From an uncultured Alphaproteobacteria bacterium (GTDB taxonomy: Bacteria; Pseudomonadota; Alphaproteobacteria; Micavibrionales; UBA2020), in contig CBIHNF010000001.1 of assembly GCA_966211335.1 (NCBI GenBank), positions 76,078-140,077 on the forward strand: 64,000 nt of DNA, written 5' to 3'. Under the pieces are notes generated by a model. The model was not told the origin of the DNA. It made no database searches and saw only the letters and a program-made list of their open reading frames with translations. Made by a program: the position numbers and the translations under genes. Below are positions 29,336 through 40,584 of the stretch, piece by piece. Position 1 is the stretch's first letter, and the number at the start of each line of letters is the position of its first letter.

Positions 29336-30757
29336 TCAGAACTTCTGGAGGGCCTGTATTTTTCGGAAGTAGGCATCGATGCCATCCGTGATTGCGGAGG
29401 CGATACGTGCCTGAAATGCCGATGTAGACAGGAGTTTTGCCTCTTCGGGGTTCGATAAAAAGCCTGTCTCTATCAGCACCGAAGGGATGTCCGGAGCCTT
29501 CAAAACAGCGAAGCCGGCAGCCCTGTGGGAATTTGGCAACAGTAATACACTATTGTTGCCGAAGGACTGTTCGAGGAAGCGGGAGAGCAGTTTCGACTCA
29601 TTCATTTTTTCGCGCATGGCGAGGTCGAGGAGAATCCCCGCCACATCCGAATTCTCCTGCGCCAGATCAACCCCGGCGACGACGCCGGAATTGTTCTCCT
29701 GCTCGGCAAGGCGTGCGGTTTCATTGTCCGACGCATTCTGGGACAGCGTGTAAATAGATGCCCCGCGCACGTTGGAGCGGGAAATTTTATCGGCATGGAT
29801 AGAGACGAAAAGGTCGCCCTTCACGCGGCGTGAAATATCCACGCGTTCGCGCAGCTTGATGTAAACGTCCTTGCCGCGCGTCAGTACGACGCGATAGCGG
29901 CCGGTTTCAACAAGGGCACGTTCGAGAGCTTTTGCGATCTGCAGCGTGATGAATTTTTCCGTGATGCCGCAGCAGCCGGCGGCGCCGGGGTCTTCGCCGC
30001 CGTGCCCCGCATCAATGACGATGGTATATTTCTTCACGTTCTCCTGAATGGGATGCAGCGTGAGCGGCGCGGGATTCAAGGTTTTACGGGCATATTTCGC
30101 GCTTCCCGGCGGCTGGTAGACGCCGTTTTTCAAGGGGGATGTGGCCGCATTGGCATCCGGCACGGCGCTGTCGCGCACAATATTGTTCTGCATGGCGGAG
30201 AAACCGACGCCGCCCGTCGCTGCCAAAGCGCCGGAACCTTTCAGGTCACGGTTGCCGAACACAAGGCCCTGCTGCGACTTGAACAGGTTGTCGGAGGCTG
30301 GCATGACATCGAGCACGATGCGGTTTTTTTCAAAATCCGATTTCGGCAGTGTGAAGGCGCCGGTGATGACGGCGGGGCGGGAAAGGTCAAAGATGACACG
30401 CGTCAGCCCGTCTTCCAGCACGCCGCTGCGGTAGGATTTCAGCAAACCGCCGTTATTGAGCAGGGCGGATTTGGGCGCATGCCAGCGCGCGGTGTCAAAA
30501 TCGATGGCGATTCTGGCGGGGTTATCCATGTGGAAGGCGCGGAAATCCGCCTTCTTCTGCAGGTCAAAGACAATGCGGGCGCCGGTGCTGGTCTTGCCGG
30601 TGCGCACGGCTTCCACCGATTGCAGGGCGATATCGGCGGAGGACACGGGTTTTGGCGCGCCAGTCAGCAGCAGGGCGATCAGCGGCAGACATATGAAAAA
30701 CCAGCGACTCAGGCGCAACCGTTTAATCCCTTGAAAACCAAAGCATTCCCTATTCAC
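29336..30757 (-). CDS. amiC: N-acetylmuramoyl-L-alanine amidase (AMIN + Amidase_3)
   Basis: IDAGHGGEDPG, LTRGKD, FVSIHAD, FAVLKAPDIPSVLIETGFLSN; true start probably downstream of 30757. Confidence 0.93.
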   Translation of the reverse strand: MNRECFGFQGIKRLRLSRWFFICLPLIALLLTGAPKPVSSADIALQSVEAVRTGKTSTGARIVFDLQKKADFRAFHMDNPARIAIDFDTARWHAPKSALLNNGGLLKSYRSGVLEDGLTRVIFDLSRPAVITGAFTLPKSDFEKNRIVLDVMPASDNLFKSQQGLVFGNRDLKGSGALAATGGVGFSAMQNNIVRDSAVPDANAATSPLKNGVYQPPGSAKYARKTLNPAPLTLHPIQENVKKYTIVIDAGHGGEDPGAAGCCGITEKFITLQIAKALERALVETGRYRVVLTRGKDVYIKLRERVDISRRVKGDLFVSIHADKISRSNVRGASIYTLSQNASDNETARLAEQENNSGVVAGVDLAQENSDVAGILLDLAMREKMNESKLLSRFLEQSFGNNSVLLLPNSHRAAGFAVLKAPDIPSVLIETGFLSNPEEAKLLSTSAFQARIASAITDGIDAYFRKIQALQKF

Positions 30758-30859
30758 TATAGCCCTGCGCCGCGCGCTTCACAATAAATAACGTGATTCC
30801 AGCAGCTTAAGGGCCGCGCAAATAAAGCATTGAGCCGCAAGGCGAATTAACGTTACACT

Positions 30860-31204
30860 CGAGATGCGACAGAGATGTCTTTTTCCATAGGCTTCCCGCC
30901 ATGGGGCAGAAGACGTCAGGTCAACGAGTTTTGAGGTCTGGTTCATTTCACCTCCTCCGTCAGGAAGTCTATCTTTCCCGGCGGCAGTACGGATGAACCG
31001 CGGTGATGAGACAGGCAGTGACTTTGAAAGCAGCGTCGGCATATCGACGCTCTCTACGATAAGTAAGTAGATGGGACGCCTGAACTTCTTGGGATAATTC
31101 ATCCCCGCGAAAGACAGAATAATCAAAACATCGGCGCGCCGGTTTTTTCCCTTATGTCGCAAAGGGAAAGGCCTTCGGCTTGCGCCATACAAGGATGAGA
31201 TAAA
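30860..31204 (+). promoter_or_regulatory. Long multi-hairpin 5' leader of rne
   Basis: Stems GATGTCTTT/GAAGACGTC, GGTTCAT/ATGAACC, AGCGTCG/CGACGCT, TCTAC/GTAGA, GGGAT/ATCCC and TTTCCCTT/AAGGGAAA. Confidence 0.5.
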
Positions 31205-34162
31205 ATGACGAAACGCATGCTGATCGACGCCACGCACCCGGAAGAAACAAGGGTCGCGGTGGTGTCAGGCACCAAGCTTGAAGAATACGATTACGAAACG
31301 GTTGTTCGAAAACAGTTAAAAGGCAACATCTACCTCGTCAAAGTGACGCGCGTCGAACCCTCCCTGCAAGCAGCCTTTGTCGATTTCGGCGGCAACCGCC
31401 ACGGCTTCCTGCCCTTCCCTGAAATTCACCCCGACTATTACCGCATTCCCATCGCCGACCGCGAAGCCCTGCTGGCGGAAGAGCGCGCGATTGCCGCAGC
31501 GCAAGCCGCCCGCGAAGATGAAGAAGACGAAGCGGAACTCGCAGCGCAAGGCCACAGCCTTGACGACTTCGATGACGAAGATGACAGTGCCGACGAACAC
31601 GAGGGCGATGAACCCGCCGCCGGCAACGTGAGCATGGCGGAAGAAGCCTATGTGCCCCGTCACACCGGCTCCCTCGCCGCCGACATGGCGGAAGAATCGC
31701 AAGCTTCCGTCGAAAACGCGGAAGACGACGCCGAAGCGGAAGAAGCGCAGAACGCAGCGCATGCCGAACAGCATAGCCACGAAGAAACGGCCGAAGCCCC
31801 CCCCGCGGCCCCCGCCGAAAGCCATGGCGAAGGCGAACCCGCGCAAGCGCCCGCAGCCGAAGGCGCCGCAGCTGCCACGGACGAAGAAAAAGACGACGTT
31901 GAGACCGTTGGCGGCGATGTTGTTGAATCGCCCGTCTACCGCTCCTCCATCAAGCGCCGCTATAAAATCCAGGAAGTCATCAAGCGCAACCAGATCATGC
32001 TCATCCAGATTTCCAAGGAAGAGCGCGGCAACAAGGGCGCGGCTGTCACCAGCTACATCTCCCTGCCCGGCCGCTATTGCGTGCTGATGCCGAACAGCCC
32101 CCGTGGCGGCGGCGTTTCCCGCAAAGTCTCCAATGCCAAAGACCGCCAGCGCCTGAAGAAAATCCTGCAGGAACTGAACGTGCCGGAAGGCATGTCAGTC
32201 ATCCTGCGCACCGCGGGCGTTGCCCGCTCGAAAGCCGAGATCAAGCGCGACCTCGATTATCTGCTGCGCCTCTGGGACCAGATCCGCGAATACACGCTGA
32301 AATCTTCCGCGCCCGCGCTGATTTATGAGGAAGGCAACCTCATCAAGCGCGCCATCCGCGACCTGTACCGCCGCGACATCGACGAAGTGCATGTGGCAGG
32401 GGAAGTCGCCTACACCTCCGCCCGCGACTTCATGCAGACCCTGATGCCGAGCCATGCGGAACGCATTCACCATTATAAAGAAGAAAACATTCCGCTGTTC
32501 TTCCGCTATCAGGTTGAATCGCAGATCGACGAAATCCACAACCCGACCGTGCACCTCAAATCCGGCGGCTATATCGTGATTAACCCGACCGAGGCGATGG
32601 TCTCCGTCGACGTTAACTCCGGCCGCGCGACTAAAGGCCGCCACATTGAAGAAACGGCCCTCAAGACCAACATTGAAGCCGCCGATGAAATCGCCCGCCA
32701 GCTGCGCCTGCGCGACCAGGGCGGGTTGATCGTCATCGACTTCATCGACATGGAAGACAAGCGCAACAACCGCATTGTGGAGCGCCGCATGCGCGACGCG
32801 ATGCAGACGGACCGCGCCCGCATCCAGCTCGGCCGCATTTCGGCCTTCGGCCTGCTGGAGCTGTCACGCCAGCGCCTGCACCCGTCGCTCGTCGAGACGA
32901 ACTTTGAAGTCTGCAAGCATTGCACGGGTTCCGGCCTTGTCCGCACCATTGAAACCACCGCCGTCATTATCCTGCGCGCGATCGAGGAAGAGGGCCTGCG
33001 GAACCGCGCGTCCGAAATCACGGTCAACCTGCCGGGCGAAGTCGCGCTCTATATCTTCAACCACAAGCGCGAGATGCTCGCCAATATCGAGCGCCGCTAT
33101 AGCCTGCGCGTGTCGCTGCATGCCGATGAAAGCCTGCTGAAGCCCGCGTACAACATTGAAGTCACCAAGACCACCGGCCAGCAGGCGCGCGACAACCGCC
33201 CGCAGCGCCCGCAGCACGTGCAGACGGTCGATATGTCCGACCTGCCCGCGCTGACCGAGGAAGACATCACCGACCATTCGACCGTGTCTGAAGACGAAGG
33301 CGGCGGCAACGCCTCCTTCGGCGACGATGACGATCATGGCGGCGGCAACGTGCGCGAGGCCCGTGAGGGCGGCGGACGCGACCGCAACCGCGGCGGACGC
33401 CATGGCGGCGGCCGCAGGGATGGCCGTCACGGTGGCCGCAGCGGCGGCGATGGCGACCGTCACGGCGGACGTCATGAAGGCCGCGGCGACCGCAATGAAG
33501 GACGCCACGGCGGCGGCAGGGACCATACCCCCCGCCACGCAGCGCCCCAGCAACAACACGCCTCGCCCGAAGATGTCGCGAACATTGGCGGCGATATGCC
33601 CGCAATTGAAGGCGGCGAGCGTCCGGCACAGGCAGAAGGCGACGACAGCCGCGGCCAGCGCCGCCGTGGACGCCGTGGCGGCAGACGCCGCGGTGGCCGC
33701 AGAGGCGACCGTCCGTTTGACCGAAATGCGCCGCAAGACGGCGGCATGCAGGCCGGCAGCGACGGCCAGCCGCAGGACTTTATTGACACCGGCGACAGCA
33801 GCCAGCCTATCGGCGATGCTGCCGAAGGCACCGCGCCGCAGGCCGAAGGTTTCGACCGCAACCGCGACCGTAACCGTGGCGGCCGCAATCGCGGCGGACG
33901 CGACCGCAACCGCGGCCCGCGCGAGCACAACAACAACGGCCAACGCCAAAGCGGCGGCGACAACGCCATTGCCGGCAGCGGCGAGCAGCCTGCCTATGAA
34001 CGCCAATCCGAGCGTTCACCATCGGAGCAGCCGGCACACAGCCAGCCGCGCGAACAACAATCGCAGCAGCAGCAAAACGCGGCCCCCGACAGTGCCAACG
34101 ACGGCAATGATGCCGGCGATGGCAAGTCGCGCAAAGGCTGGTGGAAACGCCTGACCGAATAA
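31205..34162 (+). CDS. rne: Ribonuclease E
   Basis: S1 domain with acidic insert, DVNSGR, IDFIDM, CKHC zinc link, Arg/Gly-rich disordered CTD, terminal GWWKRL. Confidence 0.98.
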   Translation: MTKRMLIDATHPEETRVAVVSGTKLEEYDYETVVRKQLKGNIYLVKVTRVEPSLQAAFVDFGGNRHGFLPFPEIHPDYYRIPIADREALLAEERAIAAAQAAREDEEDEAELAAQGHSLDDFDDEDDSADEHEGDEPAAGNVSMAEEAYVPRHTGSLAADMAEESQASVENAEDDAEAEEAQNAAHAEQHSHEETAEAPPAAPAESHGEGEPAQAPAAEGAAAATDEEKDDVETVGGDVVESPVYRSSIKRRYKIQEVIKRNQIMLIQISKEERGNKGAAVTSYISLPGRYCVLMPNSPRGGGVSRKVSNAKDRQRLKKILQELNVPEGMSVILRTAGVARSKAEIKRDLDYLLRLWDQIREYTLKSSAPALIYEEGNLIKRAIRDLYRRDIDEVHVAGEVAYTSARDFMQTLMPSHAERIHHYKEENIPLFFRYQVESQIDEIHNPTVHLKSGGYIVINPTEAMVSVDVNSGRATKGRHIEETALKTNIEAADEIARQLRLRDQGGLIVIDFIDMEDKRNNRIVERRMRDAMQTDRARIQLGRISAFGLLELSRQRLHPSLVETNFEVCKHCTGSGLVRTIETTAVIILRAIEEEGLRNRASEITVNLPGEVALYIFNHKREMLANIERRYSLRVSLHADESLLKPAYNIEVTKTTGQQARDNRPQRPQHVQTVDMSDLPALTEEDITDHSTVSEDEGGGNASFGDDDDHGGGNVREAREGGGRDRNRGGRHGGGRRDGRHGGRSGGDGDRHGGRHEGRGDRNEGRHGGGRDHTPRHAAPQQQHASPEDVANIGGDMPAIEGGERPAQAEGDDSRGQRRRGRRGGRRRGGRRGDRPFDRNAPQDGGMQAGSDGQPQDFIDTGDSSQPIGDAAEGTAPQAEGFDRNRDRNRGGRNRGGRDRNRGPREHNNNGQRQSGGDNAIAGSGEQPAYERQSERSPSEQPAHSQPREQQSQQQQNAAPDSANDGNDAGDGKSRKGWWKRLTE

Positions 34163-34180
34163 GCCGGTTACAAGACAAAC

Positions 34181-34216
34181 AAAAACTCCCGCCCTTCAAC
34201 CGGCGGGAGTTTTTTT
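34181..34216. terminator. Bidirectional terminator between rne and divL
   Basis: AAAAACTCCCGCC...GGCGGGAGTTTTTT. Confidence 0.9.
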
Positions 34217-34226
34217 ATGCGTGAAT

Positions 34227-36590
34227 TCAGGCCGCCGGCTGGTGCAGCGGCAGTTTGCAGGTCACAAGCGTGCCCTGCCCTTCCTGGCTTTCGATGGAGA
34301 TATCGCCGCCGTGCAGCTGCACAATACTTTTGACGAGCGCAAGGCCAAGGCCCGCGCCACTGCGGCGGTGGGTTTTTTTGCTGTGAATTTTATCGAAGGG
34401 CGTAAAGACGCGGGCGATATCTTCCGCCGGGATGCCGACGCCGGTGTCGCGCACGCCAAGCAGCAGGAAGTTGCCGTCGCGCTTGGCGGAAATGGTGACG
34501 CGGCCACCGTTGGGGCTGTAGTTGATGGCGTTACTGATAAGGTTGAGCAGCACCTGCTTCAGGCGGCGGTCATCCGCCGTAATCGTCAGCGTCGTATCGG
34601 CGCAGTCGATGCTGATTTCCAGCCGCTGCTTGCGCGCCCAGTCTTCTGTCAGTTGCGCCACCTGCTCGATGAGCTGGCGCACGTTGAGTTCTGCGGGATA
34701 CAGCTTCAGGTAGCCCGCCTCGATCGTCGAGAGATCAAGGATGTCGTTGACGAGGGAGACGAGGCGTTGCCCTGCCTCGATCATGCTGGCGGTATATTCC
34801 AGCTGGCGGTCATTCAGCTTGCCGAAGTATTGCTGGTTGAGCATTTCCGCAAAACCCATGATAGCGTTGAGCGGCGTGCGCAGCTGATAGGAAACGTTGG
34901 CGAGGAAATCTGTCTTCAGCCGCTCCGCTTCTTCAAGCGCAGCGTTCTTTTCCAGCAGCGCCTGCTCCACCTTCACCGTATCGGTAATGTCGAAATAGGC
35001 GTTCAAAATGTTGCCATCCGGCAGCGGCACGACGGAGTATTCAAGCACAGACCCGTTATTGCGCTGCACGCGACCGCGGCGCGGTTCACGCTCCAGCGCG
35101 TTGGCGAGGATGACCTGCTTCATGGCGGGCCAGCCGGCGTCGTCAAAAAACGCTTTCGTACGCTCAATGATTTTGGCGATATGCGGCGTGCCGGTGACTT
35201 CATCCGCCGGAATATTCCACATGCGCGCGAAGGCCTGGTTGGACAGCTTCATGCGCCCGTCTTCGCCGAACACGGCGATGCCTTCGGCCAGGTTATCCAT
35301 CGTTTCTTCCTGCACGGCGATGAGCGTGTTGTAGCTCGTCTCCAGCTGCAGGCGAGAGGTAACGTCTTCGAGGGTAAGCAGCAAGCCGCCCTTCGGCCGC
35401 GGCACCACGATCATGCGAAGGACGGAGCCATCCGGCAGGTATTGCATTTCTTCATAGGGTTCAAGCAGCGCGGTGAATTTGTTGATCCAGGCCTGCTTGA
35501 ACTGCTTGTAATCCGCCTGTTCCGGCAGCTTGCGTAGCTCGCGCAGTTTTTCGATGATCTCGATGAATTTCGGCTTGGCATCGAGCCAGGTGCCGGACAT
35601 GCCGGTCAGCTGCTCGTAGGCGGAGTTGTAGAATTCAAGGCGCGTGTCGGCATCGAACATCGCAATCGCGGTGCGCAGCTGTTCGAGCGCTTCCTGATGC
35701 GAGGTGGCAAGGCGGGCGTAGCTGGCTTCCCACTCCTCCTCCTTCGTGACGTCGGATGCGAAGCCGACCACGCGGCGTTCCTGTGGCATCGGCACTTCGA
35801 CGATTTCCATCAATTTGCGCTGGCCGTCTACAATCATGTGCCCCCGCACGGATTGCTGCGTGAGCTTCGCAAGGGCGCGCTGCGCTAAAATACGCTGGGT
35901 CAGTTCTGTTTTCGCAGCGCCCGTTAAGGGGAGTTCTTTCTGGTCGGCAATCACGGCGGCGCCAGTATCATCTACAATGCGCGCATAGGCCTTGTTCACC
36001 CAGGTGATATCGAGCTTCTGGTTGCGCACCCAGATGGGGAACGGCAGCGCATTGGCATTGGCGCGCAAGTCCGCCTCGCGCTTTTCAACGGCGGAGACCG
36101 CCTCGACGGAGCGAAGCGCCGCCTGCGCGAAATCTGTAATGTCCATGGCCCAGAGGACGGAGAAAAGCTGCGGCATGCCGCCCGGTGTTTTCGGCTGCAT
36201 AATGCCGCGCTTGCCGAACATTTTCAGCGCCCGCTTGCCGGAGGCGTCATAAACGCCGATGTCAAAATGCTCGCCATACTGCTGCAGCCGGTCGTAAAGG
36301 CCTTCGATGGCGGCGGCATCGCTGGGGTTGAGGCCGTTCTGCAGGTCCTGCATGGAAGCGACTTTGTCGAGGCCGAGCAACCCCGGGAAACCCGACGAGA
36401 TCGCCTGCATGCCGTCATTGTCCCAGCCGCAGTATTCGATGGGGATGGCGCCTAAAAACGCTTCCAGCCGGTCGTGCTGGCGCGTGATGCGGCGCGTTTC
36501 CTTTCGGGCGGGGAACACAGCGTCAAGCAGCCGGCCAAAAATGGACGGCTGTTCCGTTTTATCGCTGGCATTGTTGTTAAATCCGCTCAC
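34227..36590 (-). CDS. divL: DivL, PAS-domain atypical histidine kinase
   Basis: H-box reads FLANVSYQLRTPL (Tyr instead of His); N, D and G boxes present; several PAS-like segments; directly downstream of ahcY. Confidence 0.9.
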   Translation of the reverse strand: MSGFNNNASDKTEQPSIFGRLLDAVFPARKETRRITRQHDRLEAFLGAIPIEYCGWDNDGMQAISSGFPGLLGLDKVASMQDLQNGLNPSDAAAIEGLYDRLQQYGEHFDIGVYDASGKRALKMFGKRGIMQPKTPGGMPQLFSVLWAMDITDFAQAALRSVEAVSAVEKREADLRANANALPFPIWVRNQKLDITWVNKAYARIVDDTGAAVIADQKELPLTGAAKTELTQRILAQRALAKLTQQSVRGHMIVDGQRKLMEIVEVPMPQERRVVGFASDVTKEEEWEASYARLATSHQEALEQLRTAIAMFDADTRLEFYNSAYEQLTGMSGTWLDAKPKFIEIIEKLRELRKLPEQADYKQFKQAWINKFTALLEPYEEMQYLPDGSVLRMIVVPRPKGGLLLTLEDVTSRLQLETSYNTLIAVQEETMDNLAEGIAVFGEDGRMKLSNQAFARMWNIPADEVTGTPHIAKIIERTKAFFDDAGWPAMKQVILANALEREPRRGRVQRNNGSVLEYSVVPLPDGNILNAYFDITDTVKVEQALLEKNAALEEAERLKTDFLANVSYQLRTPLNAIMGFAEMLNQQYFGKLNDRQLEYTASMIEAGQRLVSLVNDILDLSTIEAGYLKLYPAELNVRQLIEQVAQLTEDWARKQRLEISIDCADTTLTITADDRRLKQVLLNLISNAINYSPNGGRVTISAKRDGNFLLLGVRDTGVGIPAEDIARVFTPFDKIHSKKTHRRSGAGLGLALVKSIVQLHGGDISIESQEGQGTLVTCKLPLHQPAA

Positions 36591-36602
36591 CCGTACATGT
36601 TA

Positions 36603-36637
36603 AAACGCTTCCCTCGTGCAAAACAAGGGAAGCGTTT
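36603..36637 (-). terminator. Hairpin between ahcY and divL
   Basis: AAACGCTTCCCT...AGGGAAGCGTTT. Confidence 0.6.
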
Positions 36638-36660
36638 GATAATCGGGCATAAAACCCAAA

Positions 36661-37989
<1,329 letters not shown>

Positions 37990-38056
37990 TTTTAAGCTCC
38001 TGAAGGGATTGGGTGAATTCTGCCCTTAAAATAGGCGAAAACGCCGTAAAGTCACG

Positions 38057-38071
38057 CTAAAAGCGCTTTAA
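38057..38071. promoter_or_regulatory. CtrA-like box with one mismatch, upstream of ahcY-divL
   Basis: CTAA-N7-TTAA in the ptsI-ahcY gap. Confidence 0.4.
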
Positions 38072-38120
38072 CGCACTTCAAATTAAGCCGTTGTTTTGAA
38101 ATATAATTAGGCGCAAAGCG

Positions 38121-39863
38121 CTAAATCTTGAAGCGGTTGACCAGCTCGGTAATCCGCTGCGGCTCATACTGGTTCATGACATCCTGCGCAAGGCCTTCGG
38201 CCCGGGCAAGCGACAGGCTGCGGATATACTGCTTCACCCGCGGCAGGCTGGAAAAGCCCATGGAAAATTCGCGAAGGCCTAGGCCGATGAGCAGCGCCGT
38301 GTATTTCGGGTCCGCCCCCATTTCCCCGCAGATGCTGATGGGAATGCCGGCACGCTTTGCGGCCTCGATCGCGAATTCCATGAGGCGCAGCACGGCGGGG
38401 TTTAGCGGGTTATAGAGCGCGGCGACCTGATCATTGCCGCGGTCGATGGCGACGGTGTACTGCACAAGGTCGTTGGTGCCGAGGGCGAAAAAGTCGGAGA
38501 CTGCGGCAAGACTGTCGGCCGAGAGAGCGGCCGCCGGAATTTCAATCATGCTGCCAAGCGGCGGCATTTCGGGCGGCAGGGACACGCCCGCCTTTTTCAA
38601 ATCACGATAGCAGTCGCGCATTATTTTCCGCGCCTGATCAACCTCCCCCGCTGTCGTCACCATGGGCAGCAGGATTTTGACAGGCCCCAGCGCGCCCGCG
38701 CGCAGCATGGCGCGGAACTGGGTTTGCAGCAGGTGCGGTTCTTTCAACGACAGGCGAATGGCGCGAAGGCCCAAGGCCGGGTTATCCGCTTCCGCCAGAT
38801 ATTCGCCGACGGAGCGGGCGAGCTTGTCACCACCGATATCAAGCGTGCGGAAGGTCACGGGCTGGCCCGCCATGGCGCGGACAACTTCGGCCATTGCCGC
38901 GAACTGCTCGTCTTCATCCGGCAGCGTAGCGCGGTTCATAAACAGGAATTCGGTGCGGAACAGCCCGATGCCTGCAGCGCCCGCCTTTTTAATGCTCTCC
39001 GCCTCGCGCGGAATTTCGAGGTTGGCGCGGAGGGTGATTTCGGTGCCATCCGTCGTAATGGCGTGCTGCGCTGACAGCTGCTTTAAGGCTTCGCGGTCGG
39101 CCTGCAGCGCCTTTTGACGGTCGCGGTAGGTTGCGAGGGTTTCTTCCGTCGGCGTGAGGATAACGCGGCCCTCGATGCCGTCGACGATAATCGTCTGGCC
39201 CTGAATTTGGCTATCCATGATGGCGGGGTCGAGGCCGAGGACGGCGGGTAGGCCCAAGCTGCGCGCCATGATGGCGGTATGCCCTGCCGCGCCGCCATGC
39301 ACCGTCGCAAGGCCGATAAAACGTCGCGGGTCGAGCAGCGCGGTATCGGCCGGTGAAATTTCCTTCGCCAGCACGATGCCGCCGTTGGGCACAGTATCGA
39401 GCGACATATAGGGCAGCTTCAGGAGCGCGCGCATCAACCGGCCGCCGACGGCCTCCACATCATCGACGCGCGCCGCGATGTAATTGTCTTTCAGCAGGCG
39501 GAACTGTTCGGAAATTTCCAAGGTCGCTTGGTGCAGCGCCCATTCGGCGTTGATTTTTTCTGACGTAATCCGGCTGACAGCCCCGCGGATAAGGCGGGAG
39601 CCGGAGAGCATGGCCAGATGCGCATCCAGCAGCATGGCGACTTCTTCGGCCGCGGTATCGGGCAATTCTTCCGACTGGTGCTTCAGCTTTTGCAGCTCGG
39701 CCGTCACCTGCGCTACCGCTTCGGTAAAACGCTTCGTTTCCGATTCAACGTTGTCGATTTTATATTGCGGCGCCTTCGGGTTATCGAGCTGGACGATAAA
39801 GGCGGGGCCGATGGCGATGCCGTGGGAAACGCCTAAGCCCGTAAAACTACGCTCGACTGCCAT
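38121..39863 (-). CDS. ptsI: PTS enzyme I without a GAF domain
   Basis: GVSHGIAIG, GHTAIMARSLG, GLFRTEFL, RTLDIGGDK, GTNDLVQY, CGEMG; start set at 39863. Confidence 0.95.
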   Translation of the reverse strand: MAVERSFTGLGVSHGIAIGPAFIVQLDNPKAPQYKIDNVESETKRFTEAVAQVTAELQKLKHQSEELPDTAAEEVAMLLDAHLAMLSGSRLIRGAVSRITSEKINAEWALHQATLEISEQFRLLKDNYIAARVDDVEAVGGRLMRALLKLPYMSLDTVPNGGIVLAKEISPADTALLDPRRFIGLATVHGGAAGHTAIMARSLGLPAVLGLDPAIMDSQIQGQTIIVDGIEGRVILTPTEETLATYRDRQKALQADREALKQLSAQHAITTDGTEITLRANLEIPREAESIKKAGAAGIGLFRTEFLFMNRATLPDEDEQFAAMAEVVRAMAGQPVTFRTLDIGGDKLARSVGEYLAEADNPALGLRAIRLSLKEPHLLQTQFRAMLRAGALGPVKILLPMVTTAGEVDQARKIMRDCYRDLKKAGVSLPPEMPPLGSMIEIPAAALSADSLAAVSDFFALGTNDLVQYTVAIDRGNDQVAALYNPLNPAVLRLMEFAIEAAKRAGIPISICGEMGADPKYTALLIGLGLREFSMGFSSLPRVKQYIRSLSLARAEGLAQDVMNQYEPQRITELVNRFKI

Positions 39864-39870
39864 TACCGGT

Positions 39871-40146
39871 TTATTCTTCCTCGCCGAAGCGCTGCTCGAC
39901 AAGGGTGACGAGCTCCTGCAACGCTTCATCCGCCCCCTCGCCCACCGTCGTGATGGTAATGGAGGTGCCTTGACTGCCCGACAGCATGAGCAGGCCCATG
40001 ATGGAATCACCACCAACGTGCATATCGTCCTTCGTCACGGTGATCTGGCAGTCATAGGATTCCGCAAGGCGCACGAATTTGGCGGCGGCCCTTGCATGCA
40101 GCCCGCGCTTATTTGTGATCTGGACTGTCTTTTCCAGCGGCGGCAT
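39871..40146 (-). CDS. ptsH: HPr/NPr phosphocarrier
   Basis: GLHARAAAKF (His15) and DSIMGLLML (Ser46). Confidence 0.96.
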   Translation of the reverse strand: MPPLEKTVQITNKRGLHARAAAKFVRLAESYDCQITVTKDDMHVGGDSIMGLLMLSGSQGTSITITTVGEGADEALQELVTLVEQRFGEEE

Positions 40147-40149
40147 GGG

Positions 40150-40584
40150 TTAACCCGTCTGCAGCAGCGCGGAGGCCGCGTTGATATATTTGCGCCCCGC
40201 TTCCTGACCCGAGAGCGCCGCCTGTGACAGTGTTTCCGTCTGGCGCGCGGAGGCGAGCTTGATGAGCATCGGCAGGTTGATGCCGGCCAGCGCCTCGATC
40301 TTTTTATCCTGCGTGATCGAAATCGCGAGGTTCGACGGGGTGCCACCGAACATATCGGTCAAAACCAGCACGCCCTTGCCGCTGTCGACATCTTTCGCTT
40401 TCTGGATGATTTCGAGGCGTTTTTGCTCGAGATCGTCATCGGGCATCATGCAGACGGCGGCGATCTGCTTTTGCGGCCCCACGATGTGTTCCATGACGGA
40501 GACGAATTCATCCGCAAGGCGGCCATGCGTCACGATAACGATGCCGATGAGGCTGGCCGCGGGTTTATCTGTATCAGCTGTCAT
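40150..40584 (-). CDS. PTS EIIA, mannose type
   Basis: IGIVIVTHG, LTDMFGGTPSN, GINLPML; start 40584. Confidence 0.93.
   Translation of the reverse strand: MTADTDKPAASLIGIVIVTHGRLADEFVSVMEHIVGPQKQIAAVCMMPDDDLEQKRLEIIQKAKDVDSGKGVLVLTDMFGGTPSNLAISITQDKKIEALAGINLPMLIKLASARQTETLSQAALSGQEAGRKYINAASALLQTG

Noticed and set aside
33300-33960. GGC/CGC-rich repeats in rne resembling a repeat array
   Set aside because: Low-complexity coding for the Arg/Gly-rich disordered CTD; no constant repeat-spacer pattern, so not CRISPR.
34850-34910. His-to-Tyr change in the sensor kinase as a novelty
   Set aside because: This is the known diagnostic feature of DivL.
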